Source of the DNA: Azolla caroliniana
Taxonomy: Eukaryota > Plantae > Polypodiophyta
Assembly (NCBI GenBank): GCA_043228905.1
Contig: JBHGNT010000022.1
Location: forward strand, 7,564,001-7,628,000
Direction of reading: 5' to 3'
Length of the DNA: 64,000 nt
Shown here in pieces: positions 39,240-52,394 of the stretch. The notes beneath the pieces are model-generated. The model was not told where the DNA came from. It ran no database searches and was given only the letters and a program-made list of their open reading frames with translations. The translations under genes were made by a program, and so were the position numbers. Position 1 is the stretch's first letter; each line of letters starts with the position of its first letter.

Positions 39240-42200
39240 TTTTTTATTATTATTAACACCTTTATTACTAGTGGGAAACCTCAAAGTGAGGTGAAAACCC
39301 ACAAAGAATAAAGAAAAATATACAAGTGTCAATTAGACACTAAAGAGCTTAAAAGCACTTAAAGCAAAGGTTGTAAATTTGGAGTGTGATGTCTTTAAGT
39401 TGCAGACAATCAAATAGAGATTGCCTGAGGGATTGCTTAAAGAAGCTAACTTCATGCAGTTGGTTTCGATCAAAGACCTTATTATTGCAGGCATTCCAAA
39501 TGGTCCAAAGTGCCCAAAATCGTGTCCATTGGAGAAAATAGGCATTGTCGGATAGGGTGCATGGAATTTGTCCAAATATCCAAAAGTGTTTGCCAAACCT
39601 TCGGCCAGGAAATTTGTGGTAAAGAGATGCACTTCGTCTTTGTACAAATGTTAAAGTGAATTAACAAGTCCATAATAAGTGTGGGACTGTTTCCAATCGT
39701 CCCCCACATCTTGCACAATGCAGCGAGGCTATCTGAAAAGAATGGCGTGCGGAAGCAATATAGAAAAACCGAACAACAGAAAACGCAGGTTTAATGGAAA
39801 GCTTAGGTTTGCATAGTACGCACAGGAGAGACAGCGAGAGAGTAAACACATGAACTTAATTCAAAAAATAATACTCAATCTGTACATAGGATGTGCTTAG
39901 TGAGCACTTTTACACAAGCCCTGACAATCGGGCTGGCACAAGTACTGACAATACTTGACTACTCATAAATGAGCCTCGACTCTTACTCCCAAAACTATTC
40001 CTTACGAGGAATATCTTTCTAACGGCCTTTTGGTTTACGCACCGATACGGCCTTCCTACGCACCGGTTTGCGTACCGGTTTACGCATCCGTTTTACACAC
40101 CGGTCCGGCCTAACCGATCGGTCCCAACCGATCCGGTCCTCGACTTGCTCAGCCGATCCGGCCGATGTTGAGCTTGTCTCTCAACACTCCCCCTCAAGCT
40201 CAACTTGAGGCTCTTCGGGATCTTCCGGATCACCGCTCCGGTTCCTCCTAGCTCCACGCCTCACTCGCGCTCCTCGGCCTTTTCGACTCCATGCGCTTTG
40301 ACCCTTCTGGTCGGTATGGCCCTTCACAGCTCCCTTGTTGTCGTAGTGTTGGCACTTCTCCTACTGTCTTCTTTTCCGCTTGGCCCTTGGTTGATTCAGT
40401 GCATCCTAATCAAACACTCGAACCGACTCGGTTACCTCCAATCGGTTTTTGCTCTCATCCGAGTTGGTTGTCTCCAACTCGTCTTCGGTCTTCTCGCCCT
40501 TGACGGCATCATCTCCCCCATGCTTGGTTGGCTTTGGCTCTTTCTTCCGACTGCTCACCTTATATCCGCTTTCGGACTCTTCGGCGGATCCGCCCTTGGC
40601 TTCTTCAGCCGATCTGAAATCGAATTCGTCATCCGACTCAGCGCTACGGTCTTTTCCGCTCCTTTCTTGCTCCCTTCTGTGGTCATCTGGGACGTCTCTC
40701 CCCCTCAAGTTCGGCACGTCGAGGTGATGCAACCCAAGCGCACCCAAGAATTGCCGCAACTTGTCCAGACCAAGAGGCTTGGTGGAGATGTCGGCGGTCT
40801 GCCGATCCGTCGAAACATACTGAAGTTCGACTTCACCAGAAAGGACACGCTCACAGACAAAATGGTAGTGCACCACAATGTGCTTGGTCTGTGCGTGGAA
40901 GACGGGGTTCTTCGCGAGCTGGATGCTATTGAGGTTGTTGTAGTAGATCGTCGTCGGATCGGATACCTCCACCTGCAGATCCTTAAGTAGCCGCTTCAAC
41001 CATATGGCTTCGCATGTGGCGACAATCGCTCCTGTATACTCGGCTTCGGTGCTCAACACTGCAACTGTCGGCTGTTTCTTGCTACTCCACACTATCGCGG
41101 CACTCCCAAGAGAGAACGCGTATCCGGACGTGGATCGGCGATCGGTGGCGTTGCCAGCCCAATCAGCATCGGTGTAGCCAACCAGCTGCAGTGCTAGACC
41201 GGTTCGAAATAGCAGTCCCCGGTCCTTAGTGCCTCTTACGTGCCGTACTATGCGTTGCGCACACTGAAGGTGCTCCTCGGTAGGTCGCGCCATAAACTGA
41301 CTTTTATACAAGCCCTGACAATCGGGCTGGCACAAGTACTGACAGTACTTGATTGCTCATAAATGAGCCTCGACTCTTACTCCCAAAACTATTCCTTACG
41401 AGGAATATCTTTCTAACGGCCTTTCAGTTTACGCACCGATACGGCCTTCCTATGCACCGGTCCGGCCTAACCGATCCGGTCCTCGGCTTGCTCAGCCGAT
41501 CCGGCCAATGTTTAGCTTGTCTCTCAACACTATCGATTTCTTTTGAAGATTCGACCTAGTCTAGAGCACACCCAATAAGCATCTCCATAGGAATACCCGT
41601 TACTTAAGTGGAAGACCAGAGCTCCATAAGGTTGCAAGCCTATTATTCCACCAGGACCGCGTTTTGTGTAGGTTCCATAATGCATTTGCATGTTCGTGAA
41701 ACCATGGGATAGGTTGCAACAACATATACACTGAATGTGTTGTAATGTTATGCATTGGAATAACAATGTTCCCTTTTTGTAACATCCAATCTTGAATCCT
41801 GCAATCTCCATTGAGAGGTGGCATAGGTACTAAGGAAAGCACCAACTCATTGACTTGATTCCATATAACGCGATGATGTGGCCCAAGATTATAACGACAT
41901 GTCATGTCATTGAAGTGCAATAAGTGACCTTGGCCATTTACCACATCTGTAATTGATTTCAGCCCCTTCTTTGCTAAAAAATAAGCTTTCATAGGCTCTT
42001 GTTCAGCTAATGACTGTGGGAATATAGCACTCCAGTGTAAGCTTTCAAGGCATAAAGAGTTCCCTGATTCTAAATTCCTACCTCTCCATATTATGTGGTG
42101 CAATACGTCCTTCCAGTGCTTTAGAAGCTTTGAGCTAAACAGACAATCTTTGATGTGCCCATCAAGCTTTCCAAACACTACATCCCAATGATTAGTTTCC

Positions 42201-42641
42201 CATGAGCCAAATGACTTAGTTTTCAAATGATCAAACATATCAAATAGCAAATTTTGGCAATAAAGTAGCTTTTCTAGCCAACATATGCAAATGCAAATTA
42301 AGAAAATTTAGCCCTCCACTCAATCGTGGAGTGCATATCTTCTCTAGTGATAAAAGTCGTATACCTCTATGCGACTGCTTAGAGCACCAAAAGCTGCTTA
42401 TGATTTCTAAGTTAATCTTTTGTATCATGTGTTTCAGCCAATCAATCATAATTAAGTTATACTGCATATAAGCCATGAATATTGATTGCACTATCCTCAA
42501 TCTGACATGGAGTGGTCATGTTGCAATCTTCCAATAGCTTAGCTTTTGTCTCACTTTTTGCAGAACCCATTCAGCCTTTCTTTTCCCTATTGCATTCTAT
42601 CCCAATGGATAGCCAAGATGTCTAACCATTTCATTTGGACT
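39240..42641 (-). mobile_element. Degenerate LINE 3' part (post-RT region, zf-RVT, 3' tail), split by the copia derivative 39734-41529
   Basis: ICTPRLSGGLNFLNL (42240-42500); CARCGGRLETVPHLLWTC (39661-39730); A-rich tail on the minus strand near 39240-39255. Confidence 0.75.
39734..41529 (-). mobile_element. 1.8-kb internally deleted copia (half 5' LTR fused to RT end/RNase H; 3' LTR 39734-40186)
   Basis: TSD CTATC at 39729-39733 and 41530-41534; RNase H ORF 40406-41300; PPT 40187-40195; 41301-41529 repeats part of the LTR. Confidence 0.9.
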
Positions 42642-45448
42642 TGTTACCATACGAGACGTACGTGTGATTGATATGTGTGATAAGTGAGGGTGAAAGATGT
42701 AATGTGTGGATATGTATGTGTGATTTTATACGATTATGAGTGTGAATGTAAGTGTGAGTGTGGTGCATACAAAGAGGTGTGAGTGAGGGACTAGGTGTGA
42801 ATGCCAAGGGGGCTTGCACCCTTGTGTATCTACCCCTTTGTAACTATTTAACCCTTTATGGGGAATGAATGAACAATGATCATTTTCTCTCTCAATCTCT
42901 CTCTCTCTCTCTCCCCTTACATTAAACCCCCTTGGGAGGGGGGTGGAGCCATTCTAGGCACCAGCCCCCACCCCGTAATTCTTCTCAATGCTTGTCTTGC
43001 ATCTTCATGCGTAAGTCAACAAGTCCCGCTACAGGCTCCTCTTCGGCGGCGGGGCATGATCTCTCACCATCATACCATTCATCATCTCCACCATTACACC
43101 ATGTCTATCTTCATCATCAATCATCATCATTATCATTCTCATTAACCCTAACCCTAAAAACCTACAACACCTTTTGGCGATCACTAAGGTGACCCCCCTT
43201 TGGAGACGGAGTCCAAGAATGATACATGGCGATGCAAGAAAAGCGACAAATGATGGCGATGATGTGCAGGAACCGACAATATGTACAAGTGAGTGAGAAC
43301 TTGAAGATTGACAATGTCTTCATCACAAAACGAGGAATCGATGAATCGACAAAGAAGTGTTAAGAATCCCTCATCCATGTTTAATCATAAGAAGAGACAA
43401 ATATATCCTCTAATGTGTGTTAAAGTAGAGACAAATATGTCCACAGTTTACAAGTTAAAGCACAAATGTGTCTCCTCGTTATCACCATTTCAATCATCAT
43501 CACCATATCGACCTAGATCATTCTTAACGAAGAGGGAGTAGACGATGATGATCATGATGAAGGCAAATATGAACATGAAATGGTGTGTGGTTCGTGGAAT
43601 TATGCTTCGTTGACAAAGACCGAGAAGGATGGAGAAATAAACAAACAACCAAATAGAGACTATTGAAGGGCCCGAAAGAAGTGATGGCCGTATGGGAAAG
43701 AAGGCCTAATGGGCCGAATGGACAAGTACCGGACAACTGATGACTAAACAGAGTGGCCACCCGACTGGAGGCCAGCCGGACAGGGCCGACAATGAGAAGA
43801 AAGGTGTCAGGAATGGTTATCACCAACCGACAGCAGTGGAAGCGGCCGTAGAGCGGCCGGAATGGCCGGACAACGGCTGAAGGGGCAACAATCGGAGAGG
43901 TTGGAGTGGCCGGATAGGGGCTGAACAGTAGCCGCACAAAGGAAAACAACAGTCAGACAAGCATCTAGAAGAGAGCGGCGACCGGGAAGCAACCGGTTGC
44001 GGTCGGGGCGGCCAAAATGCATAGAAGTGGCCGAAATGCAACCGGAATGGCCGGAGTGGCTGAAATGCGGCCAGAAAGGCCGGACAACTGACGCCGAAAT
44101 GACGGGCCGGACAGTGTAGGCGACCAATAGAGGAGCGGGGACAACCAATGGTCATGAGTGGCCGGTAGACCGATAGAGACAAAGAAATGGAGATAGTGAC
44201 GAAGAGACCTTGGAATGAGAGAAAGAACGAACAACCGAACACCCGGACTGCTGGATCGCCGGAAACAAGGAAGGAACTAGAACACACAGAGAAGAAAGTG
44301 CAGAGTATAGAAGAGAAGGCATAGAACAACAGATGGAGAAAAACGAGCAAGGAAGAAGAAGACAAATACGGAAGAAGAAGCAGATGAAGAGAGTAGAGAA
44401 AGGAAGGCAAAGAGAAGCGGGAAACGAAAGCAGAAAGAAAGAGGAGGAAGAGGAAGTTAAAAGCTGAGACAAACGGCTAAGAAGGAACCGCAAGAATGAC
44501 AAGAGCATAAGAAGAAATAGAACCAGGAGAGAGAGGAGAAAAGCATACAAAAAACAGAAAAAAGAGTGGGAGAAAAAGAGAAGGATAAAAAGCACCAAGG
44601 AATTTTGAAAAACCCTAAGGGCATGTGCAAAATTTTTAAAAACATGAGGGTACATACTAGAATTTTCAAAACCGAAAGGCACCAACGGAATTTCAAAAAC
44701 TCGTGAACCTAAAAGAAATGGACGCAATCCACACGTGACTCACAAGATACAAAGAAGAACACACATACATACAATGTTTTTTGACGACCCAAATGATGTT
44801 ACCGAAGTTCGTGAACCGACAAAACGGGAATGTTCGTGTCGATGAAGATTCACTGACCAACGGAGATGTTCGAGTCAAGCGCTTCGATCGAGGGAGTCAA
44901 TCGTTGATGTTACCAAAGTTCGTAAGTCGACAAAACGAGAATGTTCGTGTCGCAAAAGAGTCGCTGAACGACGGAGATGTTCGAGGGAGTCGATCGTTGA
45001 GAGGACCGATGGAAGTTCCGGGCGAAGAAAGATCAAGGCATGTGGGATCGACGTGCAAGGCACTCTCCCACGGGCGTGCCATATTGTGTTACCATACGAG
45101 ACATACGTGTGATTGATATGTGTGATAAGTGAGGGTGAAAGATGTAATGTGTGGATATGTATGTGTGATTTTATACGATTATGAGTGTGAATGTAAGTGT
45201 GAGTGTGGTGGATACAAAGAGGTGTGAGTGAGTGACTAGGTGTGAATGCCAAGGGGGCTTGCACCCTTGTGGATCTACCCCTTTGTACCTATTTAACCCC
45301 TTATGGGGAATGAATGAACAATGATCATTTTCTCTCTCAATCTCTCTCTCTCATCATCTCTCTCTCTCTTCCCTCTCCTTAACGTTGAACCCCCTTGGGA
45401 GGGGGGTGGAGCCATTCTAGGCACCACCCCCCACCCCGTAATGCTTCT
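42642..45448 (+). mobile_element. Non-autonomous, non-coding LTR element of gypsy type (LARD/TRIM-like)
   Basis: 5' LTR 42642-43169; 3' LTR from 45087, cut at about 45448; PBS TGGCGATCAC at 43175; ~1.9-kb purine-rich internal region without pol motifs; tRNA-like motif 45042-45081 instead of a PPT. Confidence 0.88.
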
Positions 45449-46420
45449 TGTAAACGATTACTTGAGGAAGCATTAGAAAATAGAGAAGGTAGGGAATAGA
45501 CAGAGTACACAGGAGAGACAGAGAGAGCAGAACTTCAAGGCTATATTCAAAAACGATAAAAACACTTTGTACATACAACTATGCTTAGTAGCATTATTTA
45601 TACAAGTCCTCGTGGGACTAACAGAAGTACCGCGTACTTTAATGCTCACACGAGCATCTGACACTTACTACGAGACTATTATTGCCTAGTAGTCTACACT
45701 AATACTAGGCTTCCGGTTACTGATTGGATCCGGCTAACCGGCTCCCCAGCTCATCGGCTTTGTTGCTTGCCGGCTTGGTTGCTCACAGCTTACCGATCCG
45801 TCTTGCTTGCCGGCTCAGGCTTATTCAGCCGATCCGGCTCCAGTTGAGCTTGCCGCTCAACACTCCCCCTCAAGCTCAACTTGAGGTTGGATCTTAGTGT
45901 CAGTCTCTGTGGCAACCAGTTCTTCCAACCGACTTCTCTTGGCGTTGTTTTGCCTTGCTCGTGCTCCTCGTCCGGTCCGGTTCTGTTTGTCGCGACCCTT
46001 CTTGTTCTGGGCGCCTTGACCTTCTCGGTCGGTATGTCTGCTCAATAGGCCCCACTTAACTCCTTCGCTGCTATGACTCCAGCACTTATCGATCCATCGG
46101 TTTCTCCACGATGGCATCGACTTCTGCTACATCCATGTCTGCTTGGCCTTGAATTGATCCAGTTCTTCCGAATCTGTTTGTTGAACCGAATCGATTGTCT
46201 CCAATTCGTTCCAACTCTTGTCTGAATCGGTTGCTCCCGATTCTTCTTTTGGTTCCAAGCCCATTACCACATCGGACCCTGTTCGGGTCTTGGCCTTCTT
46301 CCTTCGGTCGGCTCTGTCCTTCTTGACTCTACTGCCTTCTGTTCTTCCCTCACCGGCGCAATCGGCAGTCCCTTTGCCTTTGCCCATTCCGGTGTCTCTG
46401 CCCGTTCTCCCCCTCAAGTG
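45449..46420 (-). mobile_element. 3' end of a copia (3' extension, PPT, LTR 45449-45862)
   Basis: Minus strand reads TTGAGGGGGAG-TGTTGAGCGGCAAGCTCAAC; LTR related to those at 5645 and 1663. Confidence 0.8.
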
Positions 46421-47045
46421 TGGCCCGTTACCGACAAAGGACCGGCAAAGACCTCCGACTTCGATAGAGGACCAGCAACGCCCTCCGACGCCGACGGAAG
46501 AGCAGGAAAGACCACCGACACCACTAGCCCGCGCACCGACACCGGACGACGACATGTCGTTCCAGTACCCCAAGTATAGGGATGACCCGGACGCGGAGGC
46601 TCTGAAGAGCGATACCGACCGGCACAGGATGTCCGGTACAGGGACAACTATGACCGGTATGATAGATATAATCGGTACCGGGATGATAATGGACAGTATG
46701 AAAGATACAATCGGGAGCAATCCCCCGATTACAACCAACGACGGGAAGCCTACGGCAGACATGATGACCTGCCCCGTCAAGATTATCGAAACAAAAAGAA
46801 ACGCCATTTCAAGAAAAGGGGTCACCTACGGGAACCGGAGAAGGGCGCCTCAAGTAGCCAACCGGATCAAAGCCCCGCCGTTACCACAGGTCCTCCACCG
46901 GGGGCAGGAAACAATGCTGAATCCAGCACTACCCGGAAAGCATATTGCTACTATTTCCGACAAGAAGGACATTATAGTAATCAATGCCCGGCAAAGAGCT
47001 ATGATAAACGACCGGCGGTGAACATGGTAGTCGCCGAAGTCGCAG
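46421..47045 (+). pseudogene. Deleted gypsy gag fragment related to 6915-8820
   Basis: PTP repeats followed by MSFQYPKYRDDPDAEA; later YCYY.RQEGHYSNQCP. Confidence 0.8.
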
Positions 47046-48604
47046 TTATCCGGTCAGGGTGATCAGTCAGTTTATGGCGCGACCTACCGAGGAGCACCTT
47101 CTGTGTGCGCAACGCGTACTACGGTACGTAAGAGGCACTAAGCACCGGGGACTGCTACCGGACCGGTCTAGCCCCATAGTTGGTCGGCTACACCGATGTT
47201 GATTGGGTTGGCAACGCCGCCGATCACCGATCCACGTCTGGATACGCGTTCTCTCTTGGGATGCCGCAATAGCATGGAGTAGCAAGAAACAGCCGACAGT
47301 TGCACTGTCGAGCACCGAAGCCGAGTATAGAGGAGTGGTTGTCGCGACATGCGAAGCCATATGGTTGAAGCGGCTACTTAAGGATCTGCAAGTGGAGGTG
47401 TCCGATCCGACGACGATCTATTGTGACAACCTCAGCAGCATCCAGCTCGCGAAGAACCCCATCTTCCACCCACAGACCAAGCACATTGAGGTGCACTACC
47501 ATTTTGTCTATGAGCGTGTCCTTTCTGGTGAAGTCGAACTTCAGTATGTTCCGACGGATCAGCAGACCGCCGACATCTTCACCAAGCCTCTTGGGCCGGA
47601 CAAGTTGCGGCAATTTTCGGGTGCGCTTGGGTTACGTCACCTCGACGTGCCGAATTTGAGAGGGAGAGATGTCCCAGATGACCACAGAAAGGAGTAGGAA
47701 AGGAGCGGAAAAGACCGTAGCGCCGAGTCGGATGACGAATTCGATTTCGGATCGGCTGAAGAAGCCGAGCGCGGATCCGCGGAAGAGTCCGAAAGCGGAT
47801 ATAAGGGGAGCAGCCGGAAGAAACAGCCAAAGCCAACCAAGCATGGGGGAGATGATGCCGTCAAGGGCGAGAAGACCGAAGACGAGTTGGAGACAGCCAA
47901 CTCGGACGAGAGCGAAAACCGATCGAAGGTAGCCGAGTCGGTTTGAGTGTTTGATTCGGATACACTGAATCAACCGAGGGCCAAGCAGAAAAGAAGGTAG
48001 GACGAGAAGCGCCAACACTGCGACAACAAGGGAGCTGTGAAGGGCCGTACCGACCAGAAGGGTGGAAGCACACGGAGTCGAAAAGGCCGAGGAGCGTGAG
48101 CGAAGCGTGGAGCAAGGAGGAACCGGAGCGGTGATCCAGAAGATCCCGAAGAGCCTCAAGTTGAGCTTTAGGGGGAGTGTTCAGAGACAAGCTCAACATC
48201 AGCCGGATCGGCTGAGCATGCCGGTTAGGCCGGAGCGGTGCGTAAAACAGATGCGTAAACCGGTACGCAAACCGGTGCGTAGGAAGGCCGTATCGGTGCG
48301 TAAACCGAAAGGCCGTTAGAAAGATATTCCTCATAAGGAATAGTTTTGGGAGTAAGAGTTGAGGCTCATTTATGAGCAGTCAAGTACTATCAATACTTGT
48401 GCCAACCCGAATGTCAGGGATTGTATAAAAGTGCTCACTGAGCACATCCTATGTACAGATTCAGTATTATTTTTTGAATTAAGTTCTTGTGTTTACTCTC
48501 TCTCCGTCTCTCCTATGCGTACTGTGCAAACCTAAGCTTTCGATTAAACCTGTGTTTTCTATTGTTTGGTTTTTCTATATTGCTTCCGCATTCCATTCTT
48601 TTCA
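47046..48604 (+). mobile_element. 3' part of a copia (RNase H, extension, PPT, LTR 48178-48604); close relative of 39734-41300 in opposite orientation
   Basis: ORF 47203-47697 is nearly identical to 40406-41300; the LTR matches the reverse complement of 39734-40186. Confidence 0.9.
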
Positions 48605-48765
48605 GTCCTTCTAAGGACTTGTATAAAAGTGCTCTCTAAGCACATTGTATGTACAAAGAGTATTATTTCAAATTAAGATTATGCTTTCTGCTCTCTCTGT
48701 CTTTCCCACTCTTTTCTGTGTTTTGTAAGGTTTCCATTAAACCTATGTTTATTCTTTGTTGCTAT

Positions 48766-51700
48766 TGACAAGAAATATGCGGAATAATCTCCGGCCACAA
48801 CCGAAGCGTAGATCACTTGATGACAATCAAACACAGAAGAAATGGGAATGGAGGTAAGTACACAAAACAGAAAGAGAATACACAGGATATTAACGTGGAA
48901 AACCTTGAGAGGGAAAAACCACAGGAGTCCACTGACTCCAAACTATCACTATGTCAAATAATACAATAGGGAGCAAAAAGGCAACGACCTCTTGCTCATA
49001 ATCTTCGCCTAGCGGCAGTTACGACAAAGACACAATCTCTGTATATCGCACTGTACAGGAGTTACACCAATAATTCTATCATCATCTACTAATATGACTT
49101 TCGGGCTATTTACAAATATAGCCCCAGTGGGCTCTCTGGAACATATTTACATATATGTCCCTTCCATCCGATGAGAGGTTCTCACCGAGCCTACAACATC
49201 CAGTTCTCACTGGGTCTTCCTTGCCGGGTACTCGTCATCCGGTTCTCACCGAGTCTGCATCATCCAGTTCTCACCGGGTCTGCATCATCCGGTTCTGGGT
49301 ACTCCACATCCGATTCTCACCAGGTCTTCCGTTGCCGGGTACTCCACACCCGGTTCTCACCGGGTCTTCTGTTGTCGGGTACTCCACATCCGGTTCTCAC
49401 CGGGTCTTCCATTGTCGGGTACTCCACAGTCTTCCGATGTCGGGCCTTCGTATCCCATCCAAAGGGACCGAGATCCTAACAAACTCCCCCTTCACTCCGA
49501 ACCGTTCTCCTCTGTGTGGATCTTCGTTAGCACGAACTCTCAGTCTTCTACTCGCTCCCGAATCCAGTGGTACCTCCGCTGGATGTGCTTCGTCCTGGAA
49601 TGATACATTGCGTTCTTCGCAAGGTGGATGGCACTTTGACTATCGCAATAGAACCGGTATTCCTCTTGCCGGGTCCCTAGCTCTTCAATGAAGTCCTTCA
49701 TCCATAGTATTTCCTTGCCGGCTTCCACAGCCGCCATGTACTCCGCTTCCGTAGTTGACAACGCAACCGTCTTCTGTAGCCTCGATTGCCACGAAACAGA
49801 TCCCCCAACATATGTCATGACATATCCGGATGTTGACCGGCTGGTATCTGCATCAGCCGACATATCCGAATCGGTGAAACCATCAAGTTGGGGTTTACCG
49901 GAGCCGAATCGGAGGCTCATACTTGAGGTGCCTTTCAAGTATCGGAGTATCCATTTTACTGCATTCCAGTGCTCCTTGCCGGGATTGCTCATAAACTGGC
50001 TCACCACTCCGACTGCATATCCGATATTCGGTCGGGTACACACCATTGCGTACATTAGGCTCCTGACGGGAGAGACATATGGTATCTTCATCATATTCGC
50101 CTTCTCTGCCTTCGTCTTCGGGCTTTGCTTACGGAATAACCTGTAGTTTGCCGGAAGTGTCGATCCGACCGGTTTCGCATCTGACATGTTGAACCGCTGA
50201 AGCACCTTTGTCATGTACTTCTCCTGTGACAGCCACAATTGCTTCCTTGGCCGGTCCCGAATGATATGCATCCCCAACATCTGTCTTGCCGGACCCAAGT
50301 CTTTCATTGAGAAGGTCCGGTTCAAGGCCTTCTTCAGCATCTGTATCTTGACTTGGTCTCGTCCGACGATCAACATGCCATCCACGTACAGGAGGAGTAT
50401 TAGGAAGTCTCCACCTTCGAACTTCTTCACAAATACACAGTGATCGGCCTGGGTCTTGTGGTACCCTTGATCGGTCATGAAGGAGTCGAACTTCTGGTAC
50501 CATTGCCGGGGAGCCTGCTTCAACCCGTAGAGGCTCTTTTTTAACCAGCAAACCAGGTGCTCCTTCCCTTTCTTCACAAATCCCTCTGGTTGCTGCATGT
50601 AGATCTCCTCTTCGAGGTTTCCGTGGAGGAACGTCGTCTTCACGTCTAACTGCTCTACCTCGGGGTCCATGCTCGCCGCTATGCTCAGCACCGTCCAGAT
50701 GGAAGTCATCTTTACTACCGGTAAATATCTCGTCGAATTCCACGCCCTTCTTCTGCTAGAACCCCTTCACCACGATCCTGGCTTTGTACCTTGGAGGGTT
50801 GCCGACATCTCCTAGTTTCAACTTGTACACCCACTTGTTTCGGAGTGCCCGCTTTCCTTTCGGCAACTCCACCAATTCATATGTGTGGTTCTCATACAGG
50901 GCATCCATCTCGTCCTGCATGGCACTCAACCACTTGCGGCTATGGGTATCATCCTTCGCTTCTTCGAAGCTTTCCGGCTCCCCATCATCGGTCAACAGCA
51001 CATGCTCTGCATCCGGAAATCTCTGGGGGGACCTTCTCTCTCTAAGAGTATATCTCCGTCTTTAGCTTTCGGCAACCGGCTCCTCTATTTGTTCTTCATC
51101 CGAATCCGATTCGGGGTCTTGGCCGGTTCCGGTTTCAGCTTCCTATACTTCTTCTTCTGCCGGTTTGGTATCCTCACCGTAACCGGCTGGTTCCTCCAAT
51201 GTCAACCGGCTCTTAGCCGGGTGGGTCCGAATCTCAGCAGAGTTCATTATCTTCTTCTCCCAGTCCCAGTCGGCAAGAGGCTTGTCGTCCATGAAGATAA
51301 TATCTCGGCTCTGGAAAACCTTCTTGTCAACCGGATCCCACACTCGGTAGCCGAACTCATCATTGCCGTATCCGAGGAATATGCATCGTCGGGTCTTTGG
51401 ATCCAACTTTCCTCTCCGGTCCTTAGCAACATGCACGTACGCGAGACACCCGAACACCTTCAAATGCCGGTAGGACACTTCCTTACCAGTCCACACCTTT
51501 TGCGGCGTGTCTCCATCCAAGGGCACTAAGGGTGATCTGTTTATCACATACGTCGTTGTCGACAACGCCTCAGCCCAAAACTTCTTGGGTAGTTTAGCAT
51601 GTGCTAGCATACTCCAGACTCTCTCCATTATGGTCCGGTTCATCCTCTCGGCTAGCCTGTTTAGTTCCGGCATCTTCAGCACGGTAAATTCGAGCCGGAT

Positions 51701-52394
51701 TCCCCTCGAGCGGGAGTACTCCTCGAACTGCCCCCAGTATTCCCCTCCGTTATCTGCTCGAACCGCCTTAAGCTTCCGTCCGGTTTCTCTTTCCACTCTT
51801 GCGTGGAGCTCCTTGAAGACGGATAACACCTGATCCTTCGTCTTCAACGGAGTGGCCCACAACCTCCTGTTGTGGTCATCTATGAACGTCACAAAGTATT
51901 GCGCTCCGGCATGGGACTTCGTGTCCACTTGACACACATCTGTATGCACCAACTCCGATTGTGCATTACATCGCATCAGTGGCCTTGATTGGAAGGAGGT
52001 CCGGTTTTGCTTACCGGCTAGGCAGTCGGTGCACCTCTCAAGATGCACATTCTTCACCAGAATGAGGTTGTCATCGGCAAGCCTCTTCATCCCCTTCACG
52101 CTCATGTGACACAGTCTCTTGTGCCACAACTCACTGGCAATGTCGGAAGCCACGTTCACTTCTTCCGGGCATAACCAGGAATTCATCAGGTACAACGTGT
52201 TAACCTTCCGGGCCCGAGCCACTATCAGGCGCCCTTTGCTGAATTTCATGACTCCGTTCCGGATGCTACCCATATAGCCTTCATCATCTAGCCGATCGGC
52301 TGATATCAGGTTCAGTCGAACCTCCGGAACGTGTCGGACATCCTTTAGCAGCAACTTGCATCTGGTTGGTGTTGACAACCACACGTCTCCTATT
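48766..52394 (-). mobile_element. 5'-truncated Tnt1-like copia (integrase, RT, RNase H, PPT, 3' LTR 48766-49481 with internal tandem repeats)
   Basis: ORFs 51143-52384 and 49540-50709 closely resemble the proteins at 24891-28790; PPT at 49484-49495. Confidence 0.9.

Noticed and set aside
43524-44727. Minus-strand hydrophobic ORFs as membrane or Env proteins
   Set aside because: They are the expected by-product of a purine-rich plus strand (F/L/S-rich) and show no motifs.
49170-49430. CRISPR-like array
   Set aside because: Degenerate tandem repeats inside an LTR with no unique spacers; eukaryotic context. The same applies to 26240-26330 and 29300-29410.
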